Source of the DNA: Escherichia phage phiE142
Sequence record: NC_055709.1
Reading direction: 5' to 3' (one strand)
Length of the DNA stretch: 64,000 nt
The translations under genes were made by a program, and so were the position numbers. The notes under the pieces are model-generated. The model was not told the origin of the DNA. It ran no database searches and was given only the letters and a program-made list of their open reading frames with translations. Positions 39,255-49,133 of this stretch are shown here, piece by piece (positions within the stretch are counted from its first letter, which is position 1; every line of letters begins with the position of its first letter).

Positions 39255-39494
39255 TTATTTGAATTTCTTGACAATGTTGATATAACGTAAAGCTTCAGCA
39301 TCGATACTTCCAAGAACACTATGAAGAAATGCATCAGCGTAGTATTCCAATTGAACAGGTTCTTTAATCACTTTAGCCGCTTTAGTTTCAAAAAGGCCCA
39401 TCAGGGCCTTTTTAAGAATTTGTTCATTAGTGTTCAGTTTCATAGTCAAAATCTCTTCATTAAGTTGGTGGTTAAAAGTTTTTCTAGAAATCAT
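39255..39494 (-). CDS. Hypothetical protein (79 aa)
   Basis: ORF only. Confidence 0.45.
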   Translation of the reverse strand: MISRKTFNHQLNEEILTMKLNTNEQILKKALMGLFETKAAKVIKEPVQLEYYADAFLHSVLGSIDAEALRYINIVKKFK

Positions 39495-40666
39495 TCCGGG
39501 TATCTCAAAGCGTCATCAGAGTTAGTTATATCAATAATAGATATAGAGTTTTCTGCTAACCCGTTTTTAGATAATTGACGTTTATAATATCTTTCACAAT
39601 ATGTACACGTCGTCCCGCAGATTTCATTAGCACAATCGAAATCTGGATGTCTGAACCACCTTTTTTCTAAAAAGCCATCTAACAAAGAGGTTTCAATATT
39701 TACTGTATGTGAAAACTCAGTCTCATTTTCAAGAGTGAAAATAGTCTCTAAAGGCTTCCACAGTTCTAACAAATTACCTTCAAACTTTTCAGAAGCGTAT
39801 GCTTCAAGAACTTTCAAAATGTAGTCTGTGCTACCTGTACGTCCTGAAACTTTGAATTGAGTGATACCAATATCATTATAAAGTTTCAAATCTTGAGGAC
39901 GAACAAAACGAGTTCTCAACCAGTTAAATGGGTCTGTATCACGAGCTTTAATACAGTGCTGCATAGGATATCCGTTTAAGGATTTAGCATCATCAGCGGT
40001 AACATCAGTACTATGGAAAATATAGCAAGAGTCACGATAGCTACAATGTGTTGTATACCCTTTACCAGCATTAGAACAGAACTCATTTACAAGAACTTCA
40101 AATATTATATTGTTCTTATTGCAAAACTCTGCTGCACGCTTCAGGAAAGAAACTGAACGGTTCTTATGAATTCCACAGCAGACCTTTTTGATATTATACT
40201 GGTCATGCAAGTATTTGATTTGAGTTACAGCATCGACATGTAGAATTGTTGAAACTTCAATCTCAATGTCTTTATTGACTTCACGAACAATTTCCATAAC
40301 AACAGGGTTAGCGATAGTAATACGCCATACGCCTATTGACCAAAGATACTGAACATAATCCTGAATAGCTTTCTTCTTCCACTCAACTAGTTCTCTTTTT
40401 GAACCAGGATTTATCGTGTTGAGTGTATAGTTAAAGCAAATACCTAATTCGTTACAACGTTTAACGTAATCTTCTAACATCTTTTTGTCAACGTCAGGAA
40501 GCCTAAAATCAGGTCTGGCTGCTACAAAAGCCATTTCTCTTGTAGAGCCATATACTTCGTTTATCAAGCTATTAGGATAAGTTTTATTGAGCTCTACGAT
40601 TTTATCGAGAAGAGCTAAATCAAAATTCGTTCCGATTTTAAAAGTATTCATTTTTTTGCATCTCAC
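39491..40666 (-). CDS. Cys-cluster protein (391 aa), possible Fe-S/metal enzyme
   Basis: C-terminal CANEICGTTCTYC (Cx4Cx3Cx2C) plus further Cys; no confident family assignment. Confidence 0.5.
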   Translation of the reverse strand: MRCKKMNTFKIGTNFDLALLDKIVELNKTYPNSLINEVYGSTREMAFVAARPDFRLPDVDKKMLEDYVKRCNELGICFNYTLNTINPGSKRELVEWKKKAIQDYVQYLWSIGVWRITIANPVVMEIVREVNKDIEIEVSTILHVDAVTQIKYLHDQYNIKKVCCGIHKNRSVSFLKRAAEFCNKNNIIFEVLVNEFCSNAGKGYTTHCSYRDSCYIFHSTDVTADDAKSLNGYPMQHCIKARDTDPFNWLRTRFVRPQDLKLYNDIGITQFKVSGRTGSTDYILKVLEAYASEKFEGNLLELWKPLETIFTLENETEFSHTVNIETSLLDGFLEKRWFRHPDFDCANEICGTTCTYCERYYKRQLSKNGLAENSISIIDITNSDDALRYPE

Positions 40667-40708
40667 GTTAATTGATGCGATGGTTTTTTGCAGGTCTTAC
40701 TTAAATTA

Positions 40709-41110
40709 TTATAGATTCGGTTTATATGATTTAAATGTTTCGAATTCGCCTTTATTCATAAGAGCTTTGAATTCGTCAGGACGCATAGCTTTGTCGTCGA
40801 TAATCCAATCATATACTGGTTTATGTGTTAGCAAATTATGGTACTTCAAGCCAATGTTTGCCAAGTTCTGAATCAGACTTGGGAGAATGTCAATTGCTAT
40901 ACGACCAGGACCTACTGACTTCATACCGCGAGCAGTGTAAAGCGTTATGGTATGCCCTGCATCATACAGGGCATTAATGGCAGTCACCATTTCGACGTCC
41001 GGTTTGAAGTTCACGTAATCACGATTGTTATTCCACTCTGTTATACAATCATCGACGTCAAAACAAAGATTAAGCATGTTTTCTACACGGTGCATTAGAT
41101 TCGTTCCCAT
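40709..41110 (-). CDS. HAD-like phosphatase
   Basis: 133 aa; N-terminal FDVDDCIT (DxD-type motif I, non-canonical), TARG motif II-like, WIIDDKA motif IV-like. Confidence 0.5.
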   Translation of the reverse strand: MGTNLMHRVENMLNLCFDVDDCITEWNNNRDYVNFKPDVEMVTAINALYDAGHTITLYTARGMKSVGPGRIAIDILPSLIQNLANIGLKYHNLLTHKPVYDWIIDDKAMRPDEFKALMNKGEFETFKSYKPNL

Positions 41111-42780
41111 TGATGAGTGATATCGCCACCGATTGGACGATAGGAAACACCAGTTTCTTTATCAGTTAGTACCCATTTACCAGGATTTTTTGTAATCAGA
41201 GTAGCCGTTACAGGTTCTGCTACGTCATAACTAATAGAGCCATCTTGAAGTACACGGCCCATGTTACGTAATTGCTTAGTCAGAAGTTCCATACCTTTAT
41301 AATATGCGGCCACCGCTTTAAGTGGATTATTCTTGAAATAACCACCTAATGCAATCCAGATAATTGCCACTGCCAAATGATGATACTCGTTAAACGAACT
41401 CATCTTTCCATATTTGTAAACTAATGGATTGATGTTAATAGTCACATTACAAGTTGTTTCATCAATAGTAAACTGGCCCCAGGTCGGATTAGCGTTGAAT
41501 TCATCATAACCTGAAACAGCATAAAGCACTTTAGCTTCATCATACAATTTTGGCCCGTAAATCTTGGTTTCGCCAAAATATCCACGAGGGTCGATAAACT
41601 TGACTTCGCCGTTATCAGTAATCATAGTATTACTGAAGTTCGGGTCACCGTGAATAACAGAGTACTGTCCCTGAGAACGGTTATGATAACGAATAAGATG
41701 TTCTAAAGCTTGTTTCAACATTGGCTTCAGACGTCCAATCTTAGTGTAGTTCACGTGTGTGATTTTACCAAATGAATCAATCAATGGCTGAATGCTTTCA
41801 CAACGATCAATAACTTTCGTATAGAACTCTTTAGTGAAATCACGACGAACAGTTTCAGGACTTACAAAATAAGTGTCTGTGCTGAATTTCAGTGCATCTA
41901 AAATTGCATCAACAATTTGTGGACGAGCAAGACTTGATTTGGATTTAATATATTCAAATGCCGGCTTACCTTTAATACGTTCCATTTCAAAATTATTTTC
42001 ATTTACCGAAACTAACTGAGGAACCGAATCTGATTTCACTTTCAAATACCATGAAATCTCATCTTTTTGAAGAGCTCGACCTTGTTCGGTTAACGCGAAT
42101 TTAGTTACAGTTTCTTCGCCAATTTCAACTGCATTAAAACTACGATTAAGTTCACGAACTTCATGAGCTTTTTCAAGTTTAGGCATATCACCTAAATCAA
42201 TTAGATTCATAAGCTCTGATTTATTGAATGCGCTGCTGTAAAGGAATTCTACGAAATCACGTCCTTTGCAGTATTCATGAATTTCCTCATCAGTAGAACC
42301 CATATAGAATTCCCAGTCTTTGAACTGATAAATTCCTACAACATTACCGCCTGTTGCACCTACATTAGTGATATTTTCACCGTCGAAATTATATCGACAT
42401 TCGTCACCCTTAACATAGATTGCGTTAACATTCCAAGACCATGAACCAAAATCAGGAATAATATCGCACCAGTTAACAACTACGTTATGCCTGTCTAAAT
42501 CTTTGTGTAATTTAGCAAGAGCATAAGCAGAACCATACGCTTCATCAACTGTACGAATAGTCACATTGAACCCTTCTTGCTCACAATAAGCTCGAACGGT
42601 TTCAGCAAATTTTGAATGAACTACTACAATAATTTCATCTGCGCCAAGGTCAGAATAAATTGTATACAAATTGCTCAGAATAGTGTCTTGTTTATAGTTA
42701 ACAAGCACCTTAGGAATATGATGCGTTATTGGATACAAACGAGTTGCCAGTCCAGCACCAAGAATAACAGCTTTTTTCAT
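41095..42780 (-). CDS. Bifunctional sugar-1-phosphate nucleotidyltransferase / APH-type kinase
   Basis: N-terminus KAVILGAGLATRLYPIT (RmlA/GlmU-type); C-terminus VIHGDPNFSNTMI...FIDPRG (aminoglycoside/choline kinase catalytic loop). Confidence 0.7.
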   Translation of the reverse strand: MKKAVILGAGLATRLYPITHHIPKVLVNYKQDTILSNLYTIYSDLGADEIIVVVHSKFAETVRAYCEQEGFNVTIRTVDEAYGSAYALAKLHKDLDRHNVVVNWCDIIPDFGSWSWNVNAIYVKGDECRYNFDGENITNVGATGGNVVGIYQFKDWEFYMGSTDEEIHEYCKGRDFVEFLYSSAFNKSELMNLIDLGDMPKLEKAHEVRELNRSFNAVEIGEETVTKFALTEQGRALQKDEISWYLKVKSDSVPQLVSVNENNFEMERIKGKPAFEYIKSKSSLARPQIVDAILDALKFSTDTYFVSPETVRRDFTKEFYTKVIDRCESIQPLIDSFGKITHVNYTKIGRLKPMLKQALEHLIRYHNRSQGQYSVIHGDPNFSNTMITDNGEVKFIDPRGYFGETKIYGPKLYDEAKVLYAVSGYDEFNANPTWGQFTIDETTCNVTININPLVYKYGKMSSFNEYHHLAVAIIWIALGGYFKNNPLKAVAAYYKGMELLTKQLRNMGRVLQDGSISYDVAEPVTATLITKNPGKWVLTDKETGVSYRPIGGDITHQWERI

Positions 42781-42961
42781 GTTGTGGTCCTCATTGGTAA
42801 GTAGGAGTATTGTACACTATTCTAGTTAAAGCATTCATACTTTGCTTGTAGTCCAATCATAATCCATCCAATTACAAGTGTTGGAATCATTACCGGAGCC
42901 GTTAAGCTCCAGTAGATAGTCATGACAAGCATCAATAGTAAAAGTCCTATTGTTATTGCTT

Positions 42962-43597
42962 TCATTGTTCGCCTCGTAACATGGCACCTAGTGCACCGCC
43001 TGGATGGAACTTAAGGAAATCATTAGAGGTAAATCCACGTTCAGACGAAAGGTTGATAGCAAACGTATCGATAAGCGCTAACAACAATGTAGTGGACATT
43101 GTCGGAGCTAAAGAGTTCTCGTCAACTTCTACCGCGATACCAGTACAGAACGTATAATCAAAAAGAGCTTCGTATTCTTGTGGAATGTCAGGGTTACAAT
43201 GTAACAGAATCTGTTTAACCTGAGGACGAATCATACGAAGATGTTTAGCAACACCTATCATTTCTTCAGTCTTACCAGAACGACTAATATGAATCAACAC
43301 ATCATTAGGCGCAATGAATCCTGCATCACCGTGAGAATAATGCCCAGTGTTCAAGTACATACTCGGGATACCGAGTGAAGCAAATGTCTCAGAAGCTTTA
43401 GTTGCGATATTAGCGTTCTTACCAACACCTGTAATAATTACACGACTTTCATAATTACTCAGTCCTGGGCGTCGAAGAGTTTCTAGAATAGCATTATAAC
43501 GAGCAGGGTTTTGACTAATTACTTTGGCCATAGCGGCCAAAGAAGAAGCTTGTTTTATGATTGCGTCAATAGCGATAGTAATAGGAGTAGTTTTCAT
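42962..43597 (-). CDS. SIS-domain sugar-phosphate isomerase (KdsD/GutQ-like arabinose-5-phosphate isomerase)
   Basis: ITGVGKNANIATKASETFASLGIPS...HGD...LIHISRSGKTEE SIS motifs; 211 aa, no CBS domains. Confidence 0.7.
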   Translation of the reverse strand: MKTTPITIAIDAIIKQASSLAAMAKVISQNPARYNAILETLRRPGLSNYESRVIITGVGKNANIATKASETFASLGIPSMYLNTGHYSHGDAGFIAPNDVLIHISRSGKTEEMIGVAKHLRMIRPQVKQILLHCNPDIPQEYEALFDYTFCTGIAVEVDENSLAPTMSTTLLLALIDTFAINLSSERGFTSNDFLKFHPGGALGAMLRGEQ

Positions 43598-43637
43598 ATT
43601 TCTCTCATTTAATTAGTTTACCGTCCATGGCATTATA

Positions 43638-46349
43638 TCAAAAATCGAACATATCGAATAGAGATGCTTTCTTCTCGTAATCGAGTTTCGCTGCTGATGT
43701 GAATCCTTCAAGTGGTTTAATAAATGTCTTCTCAAGGAGAACAGTGTAGTCCATCCAATGAAGTACGTCGTCTTTAATTAAATCTGTGATTTCAGTACCA
43801 GAAGGCCATGCGATACATTTATCACCGAATGGGTTTCCTTCACGTAAAGGCAGAACATATACTTTTTCACCTTCTACAACTTGTGGAGCATCAATATTAC
43901 CTTTGATAGCCCGGTTATACGTCAGAATTCCACGAATATGGAACGGACATTTGGGACCAGGGAATCCACCTACATCATATTTAGCAATGTTATTCGCAGA
44001 AGATACCGACGCGATGCTAATATAATTCAATTGACGGAATTCTTTTTCAAACTCTTTAAAATATTCTTGTAATGATTCTTCACCTTCTTGAAGCATACGA
44101 CGAATACATTCTTTAAGAGCTTTCTGTACCGCTTTAGGAGTTGAAGATTTCTGTGTTTCGAGACCCATGATTTTGAGTTTAGGCTCAGCGTAACGAGTAC
44201 CTTCCATATCCCACACGTTTAATGCATAACGTTTCTTACCAGTCCAGAATCCGCCAATACCTTTAGAACCAAGCGGAGGACCAGCGATAGCTTCTCGGTC
44301 CATGAACATTAAGTGTTGTTTATTGTTCATGTATTCACACATTTCACGGAAACCTTTATCAATAGCTGGTTCCATACGTTCACGTGCGAACTTATCTAAG
44401 AAGTCTACCCAATGGTTGGTATCACGGAATTTAGATTCACCAACCTTATCGATAATTTTATCAGCAGATACGTAAATAGAGTCTGTATCACCATAAAGAA
44501 CGAAAGCTTCACCTTCTGTACCACAAACTTCATTCAGATATTCATTAACTTTACGTTCAATCCACTGTAAAGCCATTTGCCCGAATGTTGTGATTGCAGT
44601 AGCATTACGCAAATCGTAATAACGGAACCATACGTTACCAAGTGCACCATAAAGCGAGTTGATAAGCAATTTACGGTTAATTTGTGCAGTCATACCTGCA
44701 ACTTCAGTACGTTGAGCTCTAAACAACATTTCATTAAGAGATTTAGCAGACAACTTTTTAATCTTTTCTTTAATCTCATCGCTGAAGTCGAAACGATAAT
44801 CAACATCTAATGGTTCGTCAACAGAAAGATTAGGATTATGCAATGCCTCTTTAATTATTTCACCATTACGTTGAGCTGCAAGCATGTAACCTTTATGTTC
44901 TTTACGCTGATTAAAGACCTTAGTGATTTCAGTTGGAACTACACCGTCACGGTCTTTATAATACATCATGCCGTTAGGAGAGCAACTGTACACATCTGAA
45001 GGACGTTCAGCGATTGCGTTAATATAATCATGCAGTGGAGCTACTTTAAACGTTCCTGCTATTGTTTCCGGGCTAATATTCACTTGGCGAATAATACTTG
45101 GATACAGAGACGTAAGGTCGAAACTCATTACATATTTGTATCGATTTGGAATAGGTTCCTTAACAAAAGCGCCAGGATAAGGTTGAACCGGGTGAGAACG
45201 ACCTTGTGGAATCACCTTGTTTTGTTCTTTAAGGCTATTAAAAATAATAGCATCCCAAGTTTTAATTGGACTGAACACAGATTGAATCTGAATTTTAGCA
45301 TAATAACCCATGTCCAAGCTCAAGTTGATGAACTGACGCTTAGAATCAATTTGCAATACACGATACACGTCGATAATGTTATAAGAAATATATCGTTGGT
45401 GATTGCTTTCACGAAGCTTAGAAATAGGGCCGTCATATTTCAGTTTACCAATGTTCAATTCAAATTCTGAAATGTAATCCAGAGAATACGACGGTTGATT
45501 GGTAAAAGAGAATTTTTTGTAAAGGTCAATGTAATCAAGAACAGAGATACCGAACAATGTAATGATTTCACGAGAACCATACATGTTTTCGATAACTTTA
45601 ACACGAGTTTTACGATGTGGTGATAAACGTTTCGCAGTAGATTCGCCAAAAATATTCTTGATTCGGTTATACACATATGGAATATCAAATGACTCAACGT
45701 TCCATCCAGTCAAAATGACAGGAGTTTTCTGTTGCCAGAAGTTGAGATATTCCATCAACAATTCTTTTTCGTTATCGAACGGCATATAAATGATTTTATC
45801 GATAATTTCGGACGGAACTTCATCACCACCTTGTTCTTGAAGCTTAGCAGCGATTTCAATAGACCATTCTTCCACATTACCATATGGAGAATTCAATAGA
45901 TCAAATACGTAGAACCTGTCGTCAATTGAGTCATAATGGGTGATAGCATCAATCGGATGTTTTGCTTGTGACGGCTCAGGGAATCCATCCGGAGATGTTA
46001 CTTCGATGTCGAAGTTAGCCACACGAATTTTTGTATGGTCGTATTTGATTTCATAGTTATAAGTGTCAGACAAATACGCCAATTTGAAATCGTCCATGCC
46101 AAGTGCTTCAAGACCGATATCTTCCATGCGTTTAATCCATTGAGACGCATCACGCATATTAGCGAACAACTTACGAGTACACGGCTTACCGTAGATATCG
46201 AAATATTTCGTAGCCTGACTTTCTGGACAATGAGCAAACAGTGATGGTTTATATTCTACTTCACGAGTACGTTCACGGCCATTAGAATCGATGTAACGTT
46301 CAAAAATTGAATCACCAATCTGTTCAACCGTTAAGTAAAATTCTTTCAT
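43638..46349 (-). CDS. 43: DNA polymerase gp43 (family B), RB69-type
   Basis: 903 aa; sequence matches RB69 gp43 as I recall it from structural literature, including exo motifs FDIEV and YNIIDV and YGDTDS. Confidence 0.95.
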   Translation of the reverse strand: MKEFYLTVEQIGDSIFERYIDSNGRERTREVEYKPSLFAHCPESQATKYFDIYGKPCTRKLFANMRDASQWIKRMEDIGLEALGMDDFKLAYLSDTYNYEIKYDHTKIRVANFDIEVTSPDGFPEPSQAKHPIDAITHYDSIDDRFYVFDLLNSPYGNVEEWSIEIAAKLQEQGGDEVPSEIIDKIIYMPFDNEKELLMEYLNFWQQKTPVILTGWNVESFDIPYVYNRIKNIFGESTAKRLSPHRKTRVKVIENMYGSREIITLFGISVLDYIDLYKKFSFTNQPSYSLDYISEFELNIGKLKYDGPISKLRESNHQRYISYNIIDVYRVLQIDSKRQFINLSLDMGYYAKIQIQSVFSPIKTWDAIIFNSLKEQNKVIPQGRSHPVQPYPGAFVKEPIPNRYKYVMSFDLTSLYPSIIRQVNISPETIAGTFKVAPLHDYINAIAERPSDVYSCSPNGMMYYKDRDGVVPTEITKVFNQRKEHKGYMLAAQRNGEIIKEALHNPNLSVDEPLDVDYRFDFSDEIKEKIKKLSAKSLNEMLFRAQRTEVAGMTAQINRKLLINSLYGALGNVWFRYYDLRNATAITTFGQMALQWIERKVNEYLNEVCGTEGEAFVLYGDTDSIYVSADKIIDKVGESKFRDTNHWVDFLDKFARERMEPAIDKGFREMCEYMNNKQHLMFMDREAIAGPPLGSKGIGGFWTGKKRYALNVWDMEGTRYAEPKLKIMGLETQKSSTPKAVQKALKECIRRMLQEGEESLQEYFKEFEKEFRQLNYISIASVSSANNIAKYDVGGFPGPKCPFHIRGILTYNRAIKGNIDAPQVVEGEKVYVLPLREGNPFGDKCIAWPSGTEITDLIKDDVLHWMDYTVLLEKTFIKPLEGFTSAAKLDYEKKASLFDMFDF

Positions 46350-46378
46350 TTAATTTCCTTTAGACGAGTTATTGTCTT
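46350..46378 (-). promoter_or_regulatory. Gene 43 translational operator-like hairpin adjacent to the ribosome-binding site
   Basis: mRNA sense AAGACAAUAACUCGUCUAAAGGAAAUUAA AUG; stem AGAC/GUCU with AAUAACUC loop resembling the T4-family gp43 operator. Confidence 0.5.
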
Positions 46379-46408
46379 TTGTTTGTTGATGAACTTATTA
46401 TACTCCAA

Positions 46409-46426
46409 ATGGGACCGAAGTCCCAT
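46409..46426. other. GC hairpin between regA and gene 43
   Basis: ATGGGACCGAAGTCCCAT; on the minus strand followed by TTGGAGTATAAT (weak U-tract, -10-like hexamer). Confidence 0.45.
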
Positions 46427-46430
46427 TGCT

Positions 46431-46808
46431 TTAATTACCAATTGTATATTTTGCTTTCAAAGTCCAGTCATCTTTCTGTTTAAAAGAGATAACTCGGAAG
46501 TTATTAGTCAGGCTAAATAGATCTTCACGAGCAGAGTCTTCAATAACAATCAATCCCCAGTCTTCAAGCAACTGAGCAATCGAATCGCGTCGTTGATAGT
46601 CTTCACCATCAATATCAACCTGACGTCCGTCCATACGCAACATTTCTTTAAAGTGGACGATGTAATATTTACCTTGCTTTTGGAGGATATGACAGGACTG
46701 ATAAAGAACTTTATCTTTGTTATTAGCGATGCCCATACGGGTCAAAGTCTCTTTGACTTTCAGAAAATCTTCAGGGTTCTTCAATTTAATTTCAATCATT
46801 TTTACCAT
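46431..46808 (-). CDS. regA: Translational repressor RegA
   Basis: 125 aa; [34 protein letters not shown] matches T4 RegA. Confidence 0.9.
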   Translation of the reverse strand: MVKMIEIKLKNPEDFLKVKETLTRMGIANNKDKVLYQSCHILQKQGKYYIVHFKEMLRMDGRQVDIDGEDYQRRDSIAQLLEDWGLIVIEDSAREDLFSLTNNFRVISFKQKDDWTLKAKYTIGN

Positions 46809-47365
46809 TCCAATGCTAATTTTTTAAATTGTTTTTGTTCTTTTACGTTTTTAGTAACTTCTTTGAGAAATTCATCAGTGACCATGGCCTTCAGTTCTTT
46901 AAGGACTATTGGCAACTTGTTATTTTTTTCAAGGAGCCGCTTATACTCGGTAGCATCATTCATGTTGATTGTGTAATGTTTCATCAACAGTTTGATAACT
47001 AGTAACTCTGAAGTGTCTTCGACTAGTTTAGCCCATTTAGAGAATCGACGACCACGTGGAATTGCCGCCATCATATAGTTGAAGTGCGCTTCATCACTTA
47101 ATTCAGAACCGACCAAGTTCATCATGTAAACGGCTGGCATACATTCTGGAAACTGGGATAATGAGTTCTCAACCATAAATTTTGAGTAGTCTACCTGAGC
47201 AATTGACATAGATTTCTTTTCATTAATAGCATTAATGATTTTAAAGAATTCGTTCTCAGGTTTTTCTTTAAACATATCAGCACATTTTTGAATCGCATCA
47301 GCGTCATTAGACTTCCATGCAATTTGGTGCTCGTTAAGCTGGACGTCATCATCGAATAAGTTCAT
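46802..47365 (-). CDS. 62: Clamp loader small subunit gp62
   Basis: 187 aa; [30 protein letters not shown] match T4 gp62. Confidence 0.85.
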   Translation of the reverse strand: MNLFDDDVQLNEHQIAWKSNDADAIQKCADMFKEKPENEFFKIINAINEKKSMSIAQVDYSKFMVENSLSQFPECMPAVYMMNLVGSELSDEAHFNYMMAAIPRGRRFSKWAKLVEDTSELLVIKLLMKHYTINMNDATEYKRLLEKNNKLPIVLKELKAMVTDEFLKEVTKNVKEQKQFKKLALEW

Positions 47366-47366
47366 A

Positions 47367-48329
47367 TTATTTCCAAGTCAGTTCGCAGGTCAGTTGAAGA
47401 AGCATATACATAACATGTAATTCAATATTACTTGCTAGTCCATGAAACTTATTATTTTCGCCTGCAATTTCGTAAAGCGAAATAATACTTTTACCAGGTG
47501 CAACTTGGTCATAACATTCTGAAACTAATTTATCGATGAACCACGAATAATCTGCAGCATATTTTGGAGCTAATGCACGAAGCTGTTTGATATCTTTGTT
47601 CTTCATTGCTTCGATAACATCAGAGACTGTGCCACGGTCATTAATTACGATAGACAGAATACCTGCATCAAGAACACCTTTAGACGAGTACTGGTCTAAT
47701 TGACCAATTGTACGACGAAAGTCTGGGAAGTTCTTTTTAACCAGAGCTGCAACAACTTTCATATCAGCGATTTCGATATTTTCGTTCTTACAGATTTCAA
47801 CCATACGATGAATCATTTTCTTCATCATCGAGATTTTATCTTCTTCAGTCGGACGACCGAATTCGATAACTCGACAACGACTACGTAATGGTTCAATAAT
47901 TCCATCAATATTGTTAGCAGTGATAATAATAGAGCAGTTACTAGAGAATTCTTCCATAAACGTACGAAGGTGACGTTGTGATTCGGCGAGGCCACTACGG
48001 TCAAATTCATCAATAACAATAACTTTAGGCTTGCCTTCCATTGAGACTGAACGAGCGAATGCAGTTAACGGACCACGCACAAAATCAATCTTACAATCAG
48101 AACCGTTGACGAACATCATTTCGGCATTGATATCATTACATAATGCTTTTGCTACGGTTGTTTTACCGGTACCAGGAGATGGAGAGTGTAAAATAATATG
48201 AGGAAGTTTTCCTTTAGATACTAAAGACTTGAATGTTTCATGGTCATACGCAGGCAGAATACATTCGTCAATGGAAGAAGGACGATATTTCTGTTCTAGA
48301 ATGTGTTCTTTGGAATTGATAGTAATCAT
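47367..48329 (-). CDS. 44: Clamp loader large subunit gp44 (AAA+)
   Basis: 320 aa; Walker [12 protein letters not shown]; position. Confidence 0.9.
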   Translation of the reverse strand: MITINSKEHILEQKYRPSSIDECILPAYDHETFKSLVSKGKLPHIILHSPSPGTGKTTVAKALCNDINAEMMFVNGSDCKIDFVRGPLTAFARSVSMEGKPKVIVIDEFDRSGLAESQRHLRTFMEEFSSNCSIIITANNIDGIIEPLRSRCRVIEFGRPTEEDKISMMKKMIHRMVEICKNENIEIADMKVVAALVKKNFPDFRRTIGQLDQYSSKGVLDAGILSIVINDRGTVSDVIEAMKNKDIKQLRALAPKYAADYSWFIDKLVSECYDQVAPGKSIISLYEIAGENNKFHGLASNIELHVMYMLLQLTCELTWK

Positions 48330-48404
48330 GTAATTTTCCTCATTATCATTAAACTGGAGGATTTCTCCTCCATAATCGTATCACATTAAACGTAAATCTT
48401 TGAC

Positions 48405-49091
48405 TTAGAAGTCGTGAGTAGAATCGGCTTCCATTGCAATAACATAACTTACTTGAGAGCTTTCAAACTTAGCTGCAACTTTATCACCAGCTCCCCACAA
48501 CATTACTTTATAGTTACCTGGCTGGATTTTCATATTAGCCATATTGATTACGAAGTTAAAGTTGTTAGAACCATCATAATCGGTAAGAGTCAAAGAATAC
48601 TTAGGACGAGTTAGACCGGAATCTTCAACTTTATTATAGCCATTGATAACAATTTTACCATCTTTATTTGTAATAGCAATTGTATCAATCTGGAGACCAC
48701 GTGAAACTCGAAGCAATTGTTGAAGGTCTTCAGCTTTAATTTCAGTAATCACAGAAGCCACTGGGAATTGAATTGGCTTATTAGGAAAAACAATGGTGCT
48801 CTTGTCGGCAGCAGGCCAATAAACTGTGGAACGTGTATCTGCAATTTTAATATTGCCATCAGTGTGCATTGAAATTTCAGCATCATCAGACACTAGACTC
48901 AAAATGCTTAAGAAGCTATTCAAATCATAAAGTGCTACGTCAAAATCAATTTCATCAGAGATATTTGCTTCCGCATAAGTGGTGCCATTAACTGCACGAG
49001 TCATAATAAATTTACCTTGACTCAGCAGAATGCCTGAGTTAATAGAGGCAAAGTTTTTCAGAATAGCGATAGTATCTTTAGACAGTTTCAT
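48405..49091 (-). CDS. 45: Sliding clamp gp45
   Basis: Start at MKLSKDT as in T4 gp45; C-terminus ALEADSTHDF. Confidence 0.9.
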   Translation of the reverse strand: MKLSKDTIAILKNFASINSGILLSQGKFIMTRAVNGTTYAEANISDEIDFDVALYDLNSFLSILSLVSDDAEISMHTDGNIKIADTRSTVYWPAADKSTIVFPNKPIQFPVASVITEIKAEDLQQLLRVSRGLQIDTIAITNKDGKIVINGYNKVEDSGLTRPKYSLTLTDYDGSNNFNFVINMANMKIQPGNYKVMLWGAGDKVAAKFESSQVSYVIAMEADSTHDF

Positions 49092-49133
49092 TTTATTTCC
49101 TTTCAAGACAATTCAAAGTTTATAACAAATTTA

